Of a stretch of DNA of 64,000 nucleotides, positions 26,901 to 40,741 are shown in pieces (within the stretch, counting starts at the first letter, position 1; each line of letters starts with the position of its first letter). The stretch comes from Takakia lepidozioides (Eukaryota; Plantae; Bryophyta), in NCBI GenBank assembly GCA_030704615.1, contig CM060732.1, forward strand, positions 35,960,001 to 36,024,000, in the 5' to 3' direction. The notes below the pieces were generated by a model that saw only the letters and a list, made by a program, of their open reading frames with translations, was not told the DNA's origin and did no database searches. The position numbers and the translations under genes were made by a program.

Positions 26901-29900
26901 AGCCCAATGGCATCCATGGTCATGAGACGGACTCCGACTTTGATAGGCCGGAAGCTGCACCTCGTTCTCCACAATTGGACCCGCTGCCTGAGGAGCCCAA
27001 CTCTCCTGGTTTTGAAGGTGATCCTAACTTGAGCATTGGATTTTCAGGTTAGCTATATTTAAAGTTGATAGACTTCTCTAAAGATGTCTTCATCATCCAG
27101 CATTAGAGCTCCTTGATTAATTTCGTCGACAAAAACTAAATCCTGGTTGTTTTGTCTTAGAAGAACCTACCGTTATAGATCTACATGGGAGAGTTAGGTT
27201 TTCTGGAGGTGTGGCATCCTCACTCGTGTCTTGTATGTGACACATTCATGATCATCATGCAAAAAGGTGGACTCAGATGTTTTGAGATGTCACTGCAGCA
27301 ATGTAACTTTCGGCTTGTCTGAGAGCCATTGTGTCCAATATCATGGATGTGCTAGTCACCGTCCAACCATTGCCTGAAAGATAGAAAGGTGGTCGAGTTT
27401 TTCCTCCTTTGTCGGCAATTGTAAGAGGCTCAGCCAAATTGTGTGCACAGATGGTGACCCACTCCCGGGCATCGATGGCTTGCGAATTGTGGGTGATGCC
27501 GTGTTGGGTGGTCGATTGACTGCGTGCGGCCACCCTCTCAATGGCACCGCCCTTTGTATTTTCCAGGTTCTTTCCCCTTCTCCTTTTGGACGCTAGATTG
27601 GTGTGGATGTGAAGCCATTTTGGGGTGTAGGGTGCGGGCAGGTGTACACCTGGTAACTGGATGACTCGATTCATGTATTGTAAATTGTCTGGGCTAGTCA
27701 CACAGGTTTTTCTCACATTCAGGGTGCTTGCAAACATGTGTGAATTGTAGCTGGCAAATGAAAGTGATTGTGCTTTGGAGAGGCTGCTTGGGAAGGATTC
27801 TGGAAGTTGTCTAGTGTTATTGGTTTCTGAAGTGGAAGAAAGGAACCCTTGGCCTGTTGACGATGAACCCTGTCCATGAGTTTTTTATGAGAAGTGTTGG
27901 TTACTTGTTGGCGACAGTGGGTGCGGCATTATCAGAATGGGAGTGTAGCTTACATTGAAGGTACTACTCCTTGCTATGTATGGATTCGATGTAGTGGTAG
28001 TTTCTACGTGCATTTATTTCTTTGAAGAGAAGAATGCATTCAAAAATAAAGTTCAACTCACAGACGATTATGTGCTCACCTAAAGGTGGAAAAGGCAGCT
28101 GTACTGATGTGGGGTAGCCCCAGTATCCAAATAAGAGAGACCAGTTATAAATTTCCCAGAGCCAACTCTGAGTCATACAGTTGCCAAAGTTGTGCAAGTA
28201 GCCTTCCTACCAGTAAAAGGAACTGTCCTCCAAAAATAGAAGCAAAGTGAATGTCGGTGGAAGGGGAGTGGTCAAAGAGCCAAGGCTTTAATCTGTACCA
28301 AAAAGCCAGGGGTCCTCCTTGCTTCTCTCCCTGTCCTTAATCATGGTAAGCTGCTTTCACACCACCAAGGGCTTGCCAGTTCTCTAGATCTCAATCTGCT
28401 TTGTGGCAAGAAACTGGTGCACTTCAGCTCAGTGTTACTTTACCAGTGGTTTTTTGGCTGTGAACTCTTGGTTTTATTGGGTCAATAAAAACTGTCTTTG
28501 AAGGCGCCCATATCCAGCCAAAAACTGGCTTATGACATTGTGGGGGCTGGGTGCAATGCAATCACAGGAGCAGCACAGCCACAGTACACTATCACTGCCG
28601 ATGACATTGACTCTATGGTTGCTATTGAATGTGTGCCGATGGATGAGCGTGGTCGTAGAGTAAGTGCTGCATCTTTTGTAGGAATTTGACAGTCCCTTCC
28701 TAGAAATGTGCACTTGTGCCTTGTATCTCTTGACAGCCATCTTTTCTCCAAGGAGCATGGGGATATTTGCAGAACAGCCTTTTAAACTTATTGATAAATT
28801 ACTGTCATAGATTGCAGGATGGGGATGATTTTCAACAAGTTCTGATATTGATGGAACAAAACCTTTACAGCATGGTCCTGCTGACAATAGGTCGCAGCTA
28901 TAACAATTGAGAACTGCCTTTCCTTGACCTTAGCTTCGTGCTCATAAGGTAGGAGACATCATGATGATTGTCTCACATTGGTATGGAAACCCCTAGGTGC
29001 TATGTGAGCTCTAGTTTGCTAGATTTCATGCACCTTGAAATCAAACAGAGATCTTTGGACTCCATCCTTGACTAGTTCTCAACAAAGAATATTCAAGTGC
29101 ATTTGGGGATTGTATGACTGTACTCCAAACCACGAAAACTTATCTTTTTGTGTGGTTGTGCCTGGTCTGCAGGGTGATCACGTGACTGTGATGGCCAACG
29201 ATGGCAACTGGATAACACGAGGTCAGCCCTCCTTCTGAATTTCATGCATGTCCTATATCTTTCTAATTTGAGAAAAGACCGCATGTAGAAGCTGAGGTAC
29301 AGGTCTACATATCTGTCTGTCTTTTATCCTGCTTTGTCCAAGGTGGCCCCCCTGTGGACATTTTAAAGTCAATGCTTTGGTTTTCTTTGTTCTCAGTTTT
29401 GTTCTTCAGTGGTTCTTTCTTATGTCCCTTAGGCCCTCCCTTGGGCCGAAATACGTCTTGGTTCTTCGTCTCTCTCTCTCTCTCACTCTGTGTCACTGTT
29501 AACGGACAGAAGTCCAACTTCTTTGACATAGACCAAGGTGTAGCTCAAGGATGTACTCTCTCCCCTCTGCTGGTGGACCTGATGGTATTGTCAACGAGCT
29601 TATCAAGCACGGTGGCGATCCCATGATAGAGGCCCTAGTTCTCCTCTTTAACCTTATCTGGAAGACTGAAATGATCCCCTTTCGCTGGCGACAGGGGGTC
29701 ATTGTCAATCTATACAAGAAGAGTGACAGAGAAGAACCGGGGAACTACCGTGGCATCACGCTCCTCAATGCTGTTGGCAAGACATTCTGCAGAGTTATAA
29801 GTACTCGTCTCGAGGTTGATCTGGAGTCTAGAGGTTGTTTCCACGAAGGCCAAGCTGGCTTTCGGCGAAACAGGGGCTGTGTGGATCATATCTTCACTCT

Positions 29901-32900
29901 AAGCCAGATTATCCAGGGAAGGAAAAAAGAAGGGAAACCCACTTATGTTTTTTTCCTGGATGTCAAAAAGGCTTATGACACAGTGTGGAGAGATGGCCTA
30001 TGGTTCCGCCTCTGGTCTTGTGGGATCAAGGGAAAGATGTGGAGAGTTGTCCACAACTTGTATGCTCACACCAAAAGCTGTGTCACTGTTAACGGACAGA
30101 AGTCCAACTTCTTTGACATAGACCAAGGTGTAGCTCAAGGATGTACTCTCTCCCCTCTGCTCTTCAATGTTTTCATCAATCAGCTCCTCGAGGATGTGGA
30201 AAGTGAGGGATTTGGGTTAAGGGTGGGTGATACCACCATACCAGCCCTTATGTTTGCGGATGACTTCGCAGGCATAGGGGAGACTCCAACCAATCTCCAG
30301 GAGTTGATTGATTGCGCGAAGAGATACTTTGATCTTTGGGGGCTAGAGGCTAATGTCAGCAAATGTGCAGTGGTAGCATTCAACGACAGAGGAGAGGGAG
30401 GAAGTGATCTTAAGTGGCAGTGGGGTAGCCAAGAGATCCCGGTCCTCCCTTCCTACACTTACCTGGGCGTTGAGTTCTCCTCCAATTGTAATTGGGATGC
30501 ACATATCCGGAAAGTTGTTCAAACTGGCAAGGGCAAAGCTCTGGGGCTCACTAAATTTTTCCACTGCAGAGGGGTCAACTCTGAGGTCAAGAAAACCTTG
30601 CTTTGTCGCGTTATTAGACCTGCCTTGGAGTACGGATCTGCTATATGGGTTGATAACTCCAACCAGGCTAAGTCTCTAGAATCCATTCAAGTGGGGGTGC
30701 TTAAGGAGTGTATGTCAGCATGCTCCAAAACAGCCAATGTGGCTGTTTTGGGTGAGTTTGGCATTCCGTCCTTACGCTCCCGACGAGATGAATTCAAGGT
30801 CAGATGGTGGGGTCAGCTGCAACATATGCCCAACACCAGATATCCTAAGTTAATCGACTCTATATCTTGGAAACAGGACTGCCCTGTCAAACAGGCTAAG
30901 TCCTGGCAGAAGAGAGTAGAAGAGATCCTCAAGGACCTGGACCTGGATCCGCAAGTCTTGACCCTGCTGGATAAATCTGACTTAGAGGCTGTAGTGTCCT
31001 CAGCCATGTCTGTTGCCATGAGATTGTCTGATGAAAATGAAGTTAGGCAGAAAACTTCCCTGAACTTGTTTCCAGTCTGTGATGTGGGGGAGGACATCTT
31101 GGATGACCTCAAGGGTCTACCCACTCTCGGCACTAGACTGAAATTTAAACTCAGGGCAGGAAGCCTACCTTTGAACAGCAAACAGAAGCAGAGAGGAAAG
31201 GGAGAGTGCAATTGCCCGTTGTGTGGGCAATCTGAAGACAGTACTCATTTTCTGATACACTGTCCGGGGTTCTCTCACCAAAGAGACGCTCTCTTCAAAT
31301 CTATTAAGGGAATTGTGTCTGTACCCCTGTTTACCAACTTTGAAAGTCTCGAGGCTGAGCCAAAAGCCCAGGCCCTCCTGAGGCCTAGTTTTTGGGCAAA
31401 TCACACACAGCAGATTGATGCTTGTGTGAAGGGATTTCTAGAGGATATCTGGAAAACCCAGATTAATTCTTTATATGGAGGTAAGTCTTACTACCAACGT
31501 CAGCCCCTGACAGAGGTAGGTTCTGTCCCTTTTGTTCCCGCTCAAACTGGGCGCGGGGTCAATGGCCACAAGGCTACGGCAAACAACGTCTTATGAGTAC
31601 AATCTCTGTCGCTCTGTGTGGCTTGACATGCCGACAACGCCCCTGTTTGAAGTTCTTGAGAAGCAAAACATGGAATGTGCTTGGTGATCTTCAAGTTGGG
31701 ATCAAAATGGTCTGTGGATAATCTGGTCATGGAGAAGAACTTTCTTCTTAGATTCGTGGAATGCGATTTCTTTTTATTAGAAGAACATAAAATAGTATGG
31801 GACTATGTGCTATGGCAATCTCAGGCTGGCCCTGGAACGGTTGATATGAATACAATCTGTTCCTTTAAGATACTAACTCTGTTATTTTTGTCATGGGTGT
31901 GTAACCAGATTCAATGATGCAAGATCAGATTGAGAGCTACAGCACCGCTGGACATGCAAGCTTTGAAGTACAGTTACTGGTCTGAGTTCCCTGCTGCCCT
32001 CTCCTTACAAGTTCCATATTTGTTGTCCATGTAATTGAACATCCTGCTGGTCAGGTCTGCTCAAGTGTGTGTGCTTGGAAAGCTCTATTGAACATGTATT
32101 TGGGCAATTTAACGAATGTGCAAGTTTGGAAAACACATGAAACAGAGGCTTGTTGCAGTGCATAACTTCACACATGCGCTCAATGATGCGTGTAGGAGTA
32201 GGTTTTGGGTGTAATTGGTGACCCTTATCGCTCTGAGTTGCTGAGGTGGGAGGTTGCACAGATGGAAGGAGCTTCTGATGAAAGTATGGAGCCTGCCATT
32301 CTGACCCTGCGGCGCTCCAATTATGAGCTGCGCAAAAACACTACGCGTAGAGTAGTCATCAGTGAAAAATATGCTTCAGATACCTCTGTATGTCCCCCTC
32401 CCCCTCAGGTTCAACTTCTGTTGCTATGGTTTCATATAAATTTAAAGGTTCCTCATCAGTGATGGATGCCTATCTATGAAGATTTGTAGTGCTTAGTAGC
32501 TTACCTGCATGAGGCAGCCTGTCTCCCAGCAAGATAAGCGTGTCATCATACACTCTTTTGGTTTTCCCTTGTAGTTCTGTGTATAGACCCTATGGGCTGC
32601 AATCAATTTATCTCCTCTTGTCCTATGTCCCTTTATGCGTAATTTGACTTTCGTTGTATTGACTGTTGAAGCCTGTGTGGCCTCTTAGGAACTGATGGAA
32701 TGATGGGGCATTGTACTTGGCAGATTAAAATACCTGTGGGCCATTTCATACAGTGCCTGATTACAAGCCATGATGGCAGACAATATTACCTTGAATTCCG
32801 GGATAGCCGGTAAGTTTATTTTTTATTGCCTTAAATAAATACAATTGAACTCCTGCAGGATGAGAGGTGAACTATACTTGTCTTGTGGCTTAGATGTTTG

Positions 32901-33725
32901 AGACTCGGGAAAGGAATATTGTAAATCAAACCGTAAAACTCTGGCTTGAGAAAGCTTGAGCTCTTGATCTTGCAGATTGAGCAGCTCATGGCGGTCGCCA
33001 TTGTTAGCTGGTGTACCTCCTGTTCTCCGCTCCATGATTGTCCTACATACTGACAATCTGACTCTTTCTGTGAAGCTAGAATGTCCGCACAGAGGACTTT
33101 CCAGATTGTTTGTTGGATTGGACTCTTGGTCACTGATGGTGGTTACATTTGTCTTGATGACTAATGCCTATTTGACTGGGTGCAACCCTCCACAATTACA
33201 CTGGTCCCCATAAATATGTTGCCCATCTGCTTGTAGTGAATGCAGATTTGAGTACCATGATTGTTGCTTGGTGCAGGACGCGGGATGTTGCAGTGCTGAC
33301 CGTACGATTGTTTCAGAAAGCGGTATGTTTTTGGCCTTTGGCCTTGTCTCCTTCATGGCCGTCAAGATAGTTGCAGTATCAGGACTTCCATTTGTAAGGA
33401 CAAGACACCTTGGATGGTTTAAATCATGTCGCCAACAGTGGGTGCTTCTGGCACACCTCCTTGGCATTTTAGTGTACCTTTTGTACATGAGGTTCCTTGA
33501 TTTTGAGCGAAGGCAGAACCTCTCATCTTGGCATACTAGGATGACTACGTCTTATCTTGGTATTAGGGATGATTGGATTTCCAGGCTGCAATTGTAGTTA
33601 TGGTGTCTGAGGTCAACATTTTGAGCCTGTCTTCAAGTCCAGAGTGTATCATGTATGGATGCTTGCAGGCCATAGAAGAGCAGAAGAGAAAAGGCAGGCG
33701 CAAGTGGTTGCGAGGGCGCGAGTGA
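20994..33725 (+). CDS. Conserved uncharacterised plant protein (At3g03560/At5g08440-like family; coiled coil plus C-terminal AIR9-like beta domain), multi-exon
   Basis: Spliced exons give EAQMLSDKRILERRVAELRL|AYDQQQQGLVDAASKALSYRQDILEENIRLTYAVQ|VAEQERAVYVQSLMPLLAEFDLQPPVTDAHSMVSHIK ... DGDPLPGIDGLRIVGDAVLGGRLTACGHPLNGTALCIFQ|WVRHYQNGSVAYIEG|AAQPQYTITADDIDSMVAIECVPMDERGRR ... AIEEQKRKGRRKWLRGRE* (TGA 33723-33725). The start codon is less certain. Confidence 0.85.
29488..31620 (+). mobile_element. 5'-truncated non-LTR retrotransposon (RTE/RTEX-like) in an intron of the host gene
   Basis: Uninterrupted ORF 29551-31596 with RT motifs (NYRGITLL, QAGFR, FLDVKKAYDTV, GVAQGCTLSPLLF, MFADD, YLG) and a C-terminal CPLC..EDSTHFLIHC zinc knuckle; no endonuclease (truncated). 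Possible imperfect TSD tctctctcactctgtgt / tctctgtcgctctgtgt. Confidence 0.93.
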
Positions 33726-34108
33726 GTAGGGATCTAGAATGATCCAGTTGCATCTAGGTTACATTGCCCACGGGTGCCCAAGGGGGCACTACTCTGTATT
33801 TTACGCCATGTACTTCCCGGCTGAGTTAGTTGTGTTGAGCTTTAGTATATTGAAAAATTCTGTAGCTATCCATGGCCTGATCTACTGATTATTTACAAAA
33901 TGGAACACTGTGTCCATCCACCTGGTCTGACTGTATTCTCTAGTTACTTTAACACCTACACAATATTGCTTTATGCAAATGTATTTTTGGATCTGACAGC
34001 AAGTGTGGACATTGATAGTTCTGGAAACACATTACATGAATTTCTGTGCGCGCTTTCAGGACTGATTTGTGCAAGGCATCAAGATAATGTAAGTGTTTGA
34101 TCCCTGAA

Positions 34109-34349
34109 CTCATACCTCCCGTTTTGTCAATCGCCCTGCTCTTTAAACAGCCATGGCACTGCCTGGGTACTATGCCGATATGAATTGTTGTAACCAAATT
34201 TGCTAGACATTAATTTCTGTTTGAAGGCCTCATACCTCCCGATTTGCCAATCGCCCTGCTCTTTCAACAGCCATGTCACCTGGTTACTATGCCCATATGA
34301 ATTGTCGTGATCAAATTTGCTAGACATTAGTTTCTGTTTGAAGGCCTCA
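34109..34349. repeat. 120-bp tandem duplication
   Basis: CTCATACCTCCCG..TTTG.CAATCGCCCTGCTCTTT at 34109 and 34229. Confidence 0.9.
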
Positions 34350-34619
34350 ATGTAACCAGGTGACAAGAAGTTTTCTGCCTGCAAAGAGGTAATCTCAGTG
34401 GCTGTGTCCAAGTTGTGGGAGTAATTGGCTTGGGGAAAGATGGACCTCACAGGAAGATCAGTATTACATTCAATCCACTAAGTAGATCTTACTATTAAAC
34501 CCTTTACCTGCAATTTAAGGACAAATTGATGGTGACCATCACACCATTGCAGATAGATTGATTCTTGCTAATTGTGCGGCAATGTCCCCGTGGAGAATCA
34601 AACCCCTTGAAAGCTACAG

Positions 34620-35170
34620 TGGCTTATCTAGACAGTCAACATGCATTCAAATACGTGCAAGCTTACAGGCCATGTGCGGAATACAATGCGAGCTTGAATC
34701 ATGTAGAGACTTGTCATCCTGAACTTCATACAATTGAGTCTAAATTATCCAGAGTAAGAACAACATTCTGATTGTGACATGCTGCTACAAAGACCTGGAC
34801 CCTGCTTGTCATGGGCTGCCAGTTGGTGGCTTATACCTGTAGAAATTAGCACCTGACAATATACTTAGTATGGCTATCGCAATCCCACTGTTGGGATACC
34901 ATATCCCCAGCCCCTGCCCACGTTGTCTTGATGTATCAAACTACTGCCTGATCAAGAAGGGTTCACCTACGTCTATACAATGGAACCACCTGTTGAAGAA
35001 TGGAAACTTCATCGTCCACTACTGCAAGACATCGTCATCAAATTGATCTGCCCCTAATGTTGACATGGTTGGCTTCACACCACCCAAACCAAGTGCTATC
35101 AAGTACAGTGAAATATAGAAGAATACCAGTTCACTAGAAGTTCCACGTTGGCAGACGCTGGCTTTTGGGC
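34620..35170 (-). pseudogene. NRT1/PTR (NPF) transporter gene remnant
   Basis: FFYISLYLIALGLGGVKPTMSTLGADQFDD, then after stops and frameshifts FFNRWF, QDNVGRGWGYGIPT, FYRYKPPTGSP and QVFVAA, all typical NPF motifs. Confidence 0.85.
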
Positions 35171-35260
35171 TACACGGTCGATGCCTGAAATTGATATAGT
35201 GACACTGCTGTTCAACAATTGCTTGTCCAACACAATTCACGATAAATGATTGAGACCCTC

Positions 35261-37568
35261 CCATAAGAATCCCCACAAGAACAGAACCCATCTTGAAAAT
35301 GGTGAAAGCGGTTGGCATCCGGTACAACAATTGCTCACCAGCAATTCTAGATATGCACTTAGTAGCTGTGTGGCAATCACCGGACACCCGGAGGTTCTTG
35401 ATGAGATGGAGAGGTGTCCCAGGGGACATGCTGATGAGCCCAAAAGCAATGGCCAGTCTTTCGCTGTGGTGGCAAAGTGAACATTCCTTGTGCCCCTCCT
35501 CGACATCATGCAATATAAAGCCTGTGTCAGGCATGTATCCCACTTCCTACATGTGCCCACACAATCTCTTCAGCTCCACATGAACTTCATCATGAATTTT
35601 GTGGATGCAATTTGTCATCTACAACAAAAGTGTGCACCTGGTTGTTGTCAACCTCGATAGAGCACCGACCTGGCTCCTTTCTGACACCTCTGTACTTCAT
35701 CATCTTTCTCAGCTTCACAGTATCGACCCACCTGCCAGCAGCAGCATAGATGTTTGATAGCAGCACATAAGTGGCTGCATCCTGTGGATCCAACTGGAGA
35801 AGGCATTTTGCTGCATGCTCTGCTACCTCCACATCACCATGAATCCTGCAGGCACCAAGCAAAGGCCCCCCACGATGCAGCATGTCCTTTGATTGGCATT
35901 CTGTTAACCAAGTCCTCTGCCCATGCTGAGATATCCTGCGATCATCACATTCCATGACACCCCATCCCGCTTGGATGTACTATCAAATACTCGATGTGCT
36001 TCCTTTTGGCTTCCACGTTTGGCATACATGTCAACAAGGGTATTTTCCAGAATGATATTTGCCTCAAATCCAGCTTTCATGATCTCAGCATGGGATCATG
36101 AAATCTGGGATCTTTCACCTTTTCCAAGGCTGCGAGGCTGGGACACACATTGAGAATGCAAACAAATTTAACCTGATTGGGCATCACACCTTCCCGTACC
36201 ATTTGCTCATAAGTCTCCAAAGCCTCCCTACCACACCCATGCTGCACATATCCTGCAGTCATCGCACTCCATGAGACCACATTTCGCAGAGCCATATTAT
36301 CAAATACTTGACGAGAATCCTTCAAGTTCCCACATTTGGCATACATGTGAATAAGGGTGTTATCCAGATTTATCCATGACGCAGTTCCGGCTTTGATGAT
36401 GTCCGTGTGGACCTCTTTGCCCTTTTCGAGGGCTGCCAGGCTGGCACACACTTTGAGAACGCAAACAAAGGTGACCTGGTCAGGCATCACCCCTCCCTGT
36501 ATCATCTTTTCATATGTCTTGAAAGCCTCCCAACAACAACCATTCAGAGCATATCCTGCAATCATGGCGCTCCATGAGACCACATTTCTCTCAGCCATAT
36601 TGTCAAACACTTGCCGTGCAACCTTCATGTTCCCACATTTGGCATACATGTTAACAATGGCAGTCTCCAAAATAATATTTGGCTCAATTCCAGTTTTGGT
36701 TGATGTCAGCGTGAACCGCTTTGCCCTTTTCTGTGGCTGCCAGGTTGGCACATGCGTTGAGAACGCAAACAAATCTGGTGTCACTCCTTACTGTATCATT
36801 TGCTCATGAGTCTCCAAAGCCACAGCCATGCTCAGCATATCCATCTATCATTGCAGTCCATGCAACCACATCTCGCTGAACCATGTTGTCAAGCACTTGG
36901 CGTGCACCCTTCATGCTCCCACATTTGACATACATATTGACAAGCATATTCTGAAGAATGATATCTGGCACAACTCCAGCTTTAATGATGTCAGTGTGGA
37001 TCTCCATACCCCTTTCCAGGGCTGCCAGGCTGGCACTAGTCTTGAGAACACAATTGAATGTGACCATGTTAGGCAATACCCCTTCATGTATCATTTGCTC
37101 ATAGATATTGACAGCCCCCCTACCACATCCATGCTGGACATATCCTGCCATCATTATCGTCCATGTAACACACTTCGTGCAGGCATGTTGTCAAACACAA
37201 GGCACGGATTCACCACACTCTGGCACTTGGGCATACATGGTCACAAGGGTGTTGAGTGAAAAGATGTTTGGCTTGAATCCACTTCGGATAATGTGGGCAT
37301 GCACCTGTTTTCCCTCTTCTAGGCCTCTCCTCTTGCCACACTCCTGTAAGAGACACACATATATACTAGAGTCGGCCAAAATGCCGCCCTGGTTCAAAAT
37401 CTGCAGCGCCTCTTTCAGTTGTCCTGCCTTGCATAGTGACCTCACATCCTCACTAGTGCCAAAAGAGTTCTTGTTGCCTAGGTCTTTGGATCCTCTTTCA
37501 AAAGGAGTATTCATGGCGGAGGTGCCTGATTCACATGACAGTACCTTGCTCAACCTTGCATCCTGCAT
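35261..37568 (-). pseudogene. PLS-class PPR-E-DYW RNA editing factor pseudogene
   Basis: [14 protein letters not shown] repeats split across ORFs 37191-37568, 36804-37154, 36077-36784 and 35590-35955 (E domain). DYW remnant GYMPDT...HHSERLA...VSGDCH...[17 protein letters not shown] with multiple frameshifts. Confidence 0.92.
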
Positions 37569-40500
37569 GACTCAGAACCTCTTCAGTTACAAACCTTTGG
37601 AATCATAGAATACATCTCACAGCTCCTACATACAAGAGAGGTCTCTTCATGACAACAGCTTACATGCTACATGTTAACAGGATTTTTATGTGGGTTGTTT
37701 GACAGATCACAGCATGAACATGTGCAACCCATACTTTAGCCAACACGAGCTGCAATAACATCACTGCTATTTCATGCAGTACCCGCTAAGAACCACCTCT
37801 GACAACTGTATTCACCTTCACACTGAAAAATCCACTCCAATACCCGTGTAAAATTCCCTCATTGTGTTACCTCCTATGCAGTGCCAACACACAACTTCTC
37901 TTCTCCATTTCACTGAAAGGGGATAAATAACTGACCCCTCATTCAAAACATAGAAACACTTCTCAATCGGATAGGTAATGAATGGCTCACTGTCTGCTGA
38001 CTTGAATATTATAAGGAGAGTACTAAGAAAAACACACCCCATGAAACTACTAGAGGAAGATCAGACGTCTGAGAGGTCTGCATCCATAAAAGAGGAGGGA
38101 CTGTCATACTGGAAGCGCTCCGACCATCCCCCTCCACCAGGGTTTGCCATAGACTTTCGCCTAGAAGCTGCCAGGTTCTCCAATTGACCATCTACCCATG
38201 CAGGCTTCGTGTGGCAATCAATCCACAGTGCCTTGTTGGTACTCTTGTGCATGACAGATGGTCCGGATTGATCTGCATGCCCAATCCATCCCTATCTTAG
38301 AGAGAGAGACAAATCATGGGCACTATGATAGTTGCAAGAAACAATGCGGCAGTGAAAAGGGAGAGACTGTAGTCCTTGACAGTTGAGAAGCGTCACCTCA
38401 AGGGCTTTGTCCCGGCAGGATAGAAAGCATCAGCTTCACTCCAGCACTGTCCCTCTAGCCCTCTAGCATGCTAGACCATTGAATATTGTTGTCGAGTCAC
38501 AGGGAATTCTGTGTGGATCTATGTGAATGCGGTGGCATTGCACTTATACTTGACAGCATGAGGATGATCCGACACTACTCCACTCGACCTCTAGCTTGCA
38601 ACCGAAGTGACACATGTGGCCACACTGCCCGTCACAGATGGGATGAAAGACGATCTACTCGTGCCGTTCCCTGCATAGAGAGAGAGAGAAAATTCTCAAG
38701 CCTCTCGCCTGTTCTGAAACACCGCGTTGGGTACAGTAGACCAGCCAGGAGAGCAATGTACATTGACCGGATCATGTAGAAGGTGTACACATATACTCCA
38801 GTATGCTGCTGCTACAGAGCCCTAGTACATGACTTCTACAGAGCCTAGCACAAGAGACCCCTGGATTCGTTCGCCATCAAATGTCATGTTCGTTCACTAG
38901 AAACCTTCATGGACATACGCCTTTACCAACAGAGACGTACGAGTAGTTTTAAGAGAAATGCCCACCCACGACAGGATTAAGTAATCCAAGAGTGGAGTTA
39001 GGATAGAGAGAGCCAAAGGGATCAGAAAATTCTTGAGTGTTGTTACGAAGAACTTTAGCCATTGTCAAGGAAAAGAGCGAAAGGGCTGCAATCACATTGC
39101 CAGAAAGCTATAAATACAGCTTGATGTGTGGTCTCTACTGTAACACAAGCATTCACCTGATTGCCTCGATTATCCCACAATTGATGCAGCCTAGCCTCGA
39201 CGTCTGCGAGGACTGTCCCACAGACAAGGATCGTGGATGGATATCGTCCATCCACTTGCGTGTTGTCTCGTATTCACTTTTCAGTAGGTCGTCGCCTTCG
39301 TCACTGCCAAGCTGCAGGTGCTCTCTTGTATGGACTGTATGGACTCTGAATTGAGAGCTCATGGAGCTGCAAGTTGAGTCCTTGCTCACTGTCCTGGTTC
39401 TTTGGAGCAACAGATCAGAACAACTTGAGTGCCTCATTTTAAATGCACTGTGGAGAATCTATGTTTCTCCAGTTCTGAAGAATCTCAAGTTCTAGAGTTC
39501 TTTGATCAAGTTCTAGAGTTCTTTGAGCAAGTTCTTCAGATTCCCCAGAGAAAGCCAAACCATAAGCTTCCGAGCAGCAGACAGGAGGATTGCTCTAAGG
39601 GACAATGGTGGCAAATTGCTTAACAGATACACAACAACCAATACTCATGAAGACTCGGATAGTTTGTTCTGTGCCCTTCAGAATGGTTTGTGGAAAGTGA
39701 AGTTCCTGCCCCAAGTGTTTTGAGAATCTTGGCCCCAGGACAAATGAGGCTGACTTTGGGGAGGCTGACTTTGGGGAACTCTGCCGATTCCAGGGCAAAA
39801 GCTGGTGTACATTATCCCTTGTACTCCTGGGGCAAAAACATGGAATCTGTGGAATGGGGTTTTCTGGACAAGAAGGTATTCAAATATACAAAGGAAATTT
39901 TCAACCAGGGTTTTATGTACGTTTGGTATTGAGGGAGTTCCAGACTGGCACCCCAAGATGGTTCAAAACAACCCCACATAGCTTTTCAAGTAGGCTCACA
40001 ACCTCAACATATACAACTGTACTCAGTGATTGGAGACAAACGACCATATACAGTAAGCTGTTAGTCATCATAGCTCAAGAAAGAATGTCCGCATAAGACA
40101 TTGTTTTCATTATCCTTGTGGCCATAGACCCCGCACCCAGCTTGGTGGAACAAAGAGGAACATACACTACCTTTGAGAGGAGCTCACTCTGGTAGTGGGA
40201 ATATCAGGAAAGAAAGAGAGGGGGAGAGAGAGAGAAAGACAGGTTTGAAAAATGTCCCCAAGTGCACACTTTCAAAACGGAACGTGGAGTGACATTGCTT
40301 CATCTGCCTTCCGAAACTCATCCAGTCCACATGTGATTGCCTCTGAAAGTTCTCCTTGATCGAGTGCATGCTGCTTAGAGGAAGAATTGGCCGAAAATAT
40401 GCCAAGTCAGAGTCTTGTTTAGGCGAAATGTCTTATTGAGGAGATAAGCCCTATGCTCACAGAAGCTGGTCCGGGACACAGAAAACAATGCGCCACATTG

Positions 40501-40741
40501 CGCCGTTGACAACTCAAACCTTCGAAGAGCAAAGAGGAGCGTCTGCAATTGTCTCAGTGAGACACTAAGCTGAACAATGGATTCAGAAACATAAATTTGG
40601 CCTTCTAAATACTTATGCAGATGGATGGTGCTTGACGGTCGTTTTCCTTTTTAAGTCTATAATCAATTTCAGACACAGACACAGAACTTTCATTGCGAGA
40701 AATAGTACAAACCTAAATCGGTGAACATAAAATCAAACGTT

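Noticed and set aside
37800-39450. Coding-like composition, possible decayed gene
   Set aside because: No motif I can identify with confidence; would need a BLASTX search.
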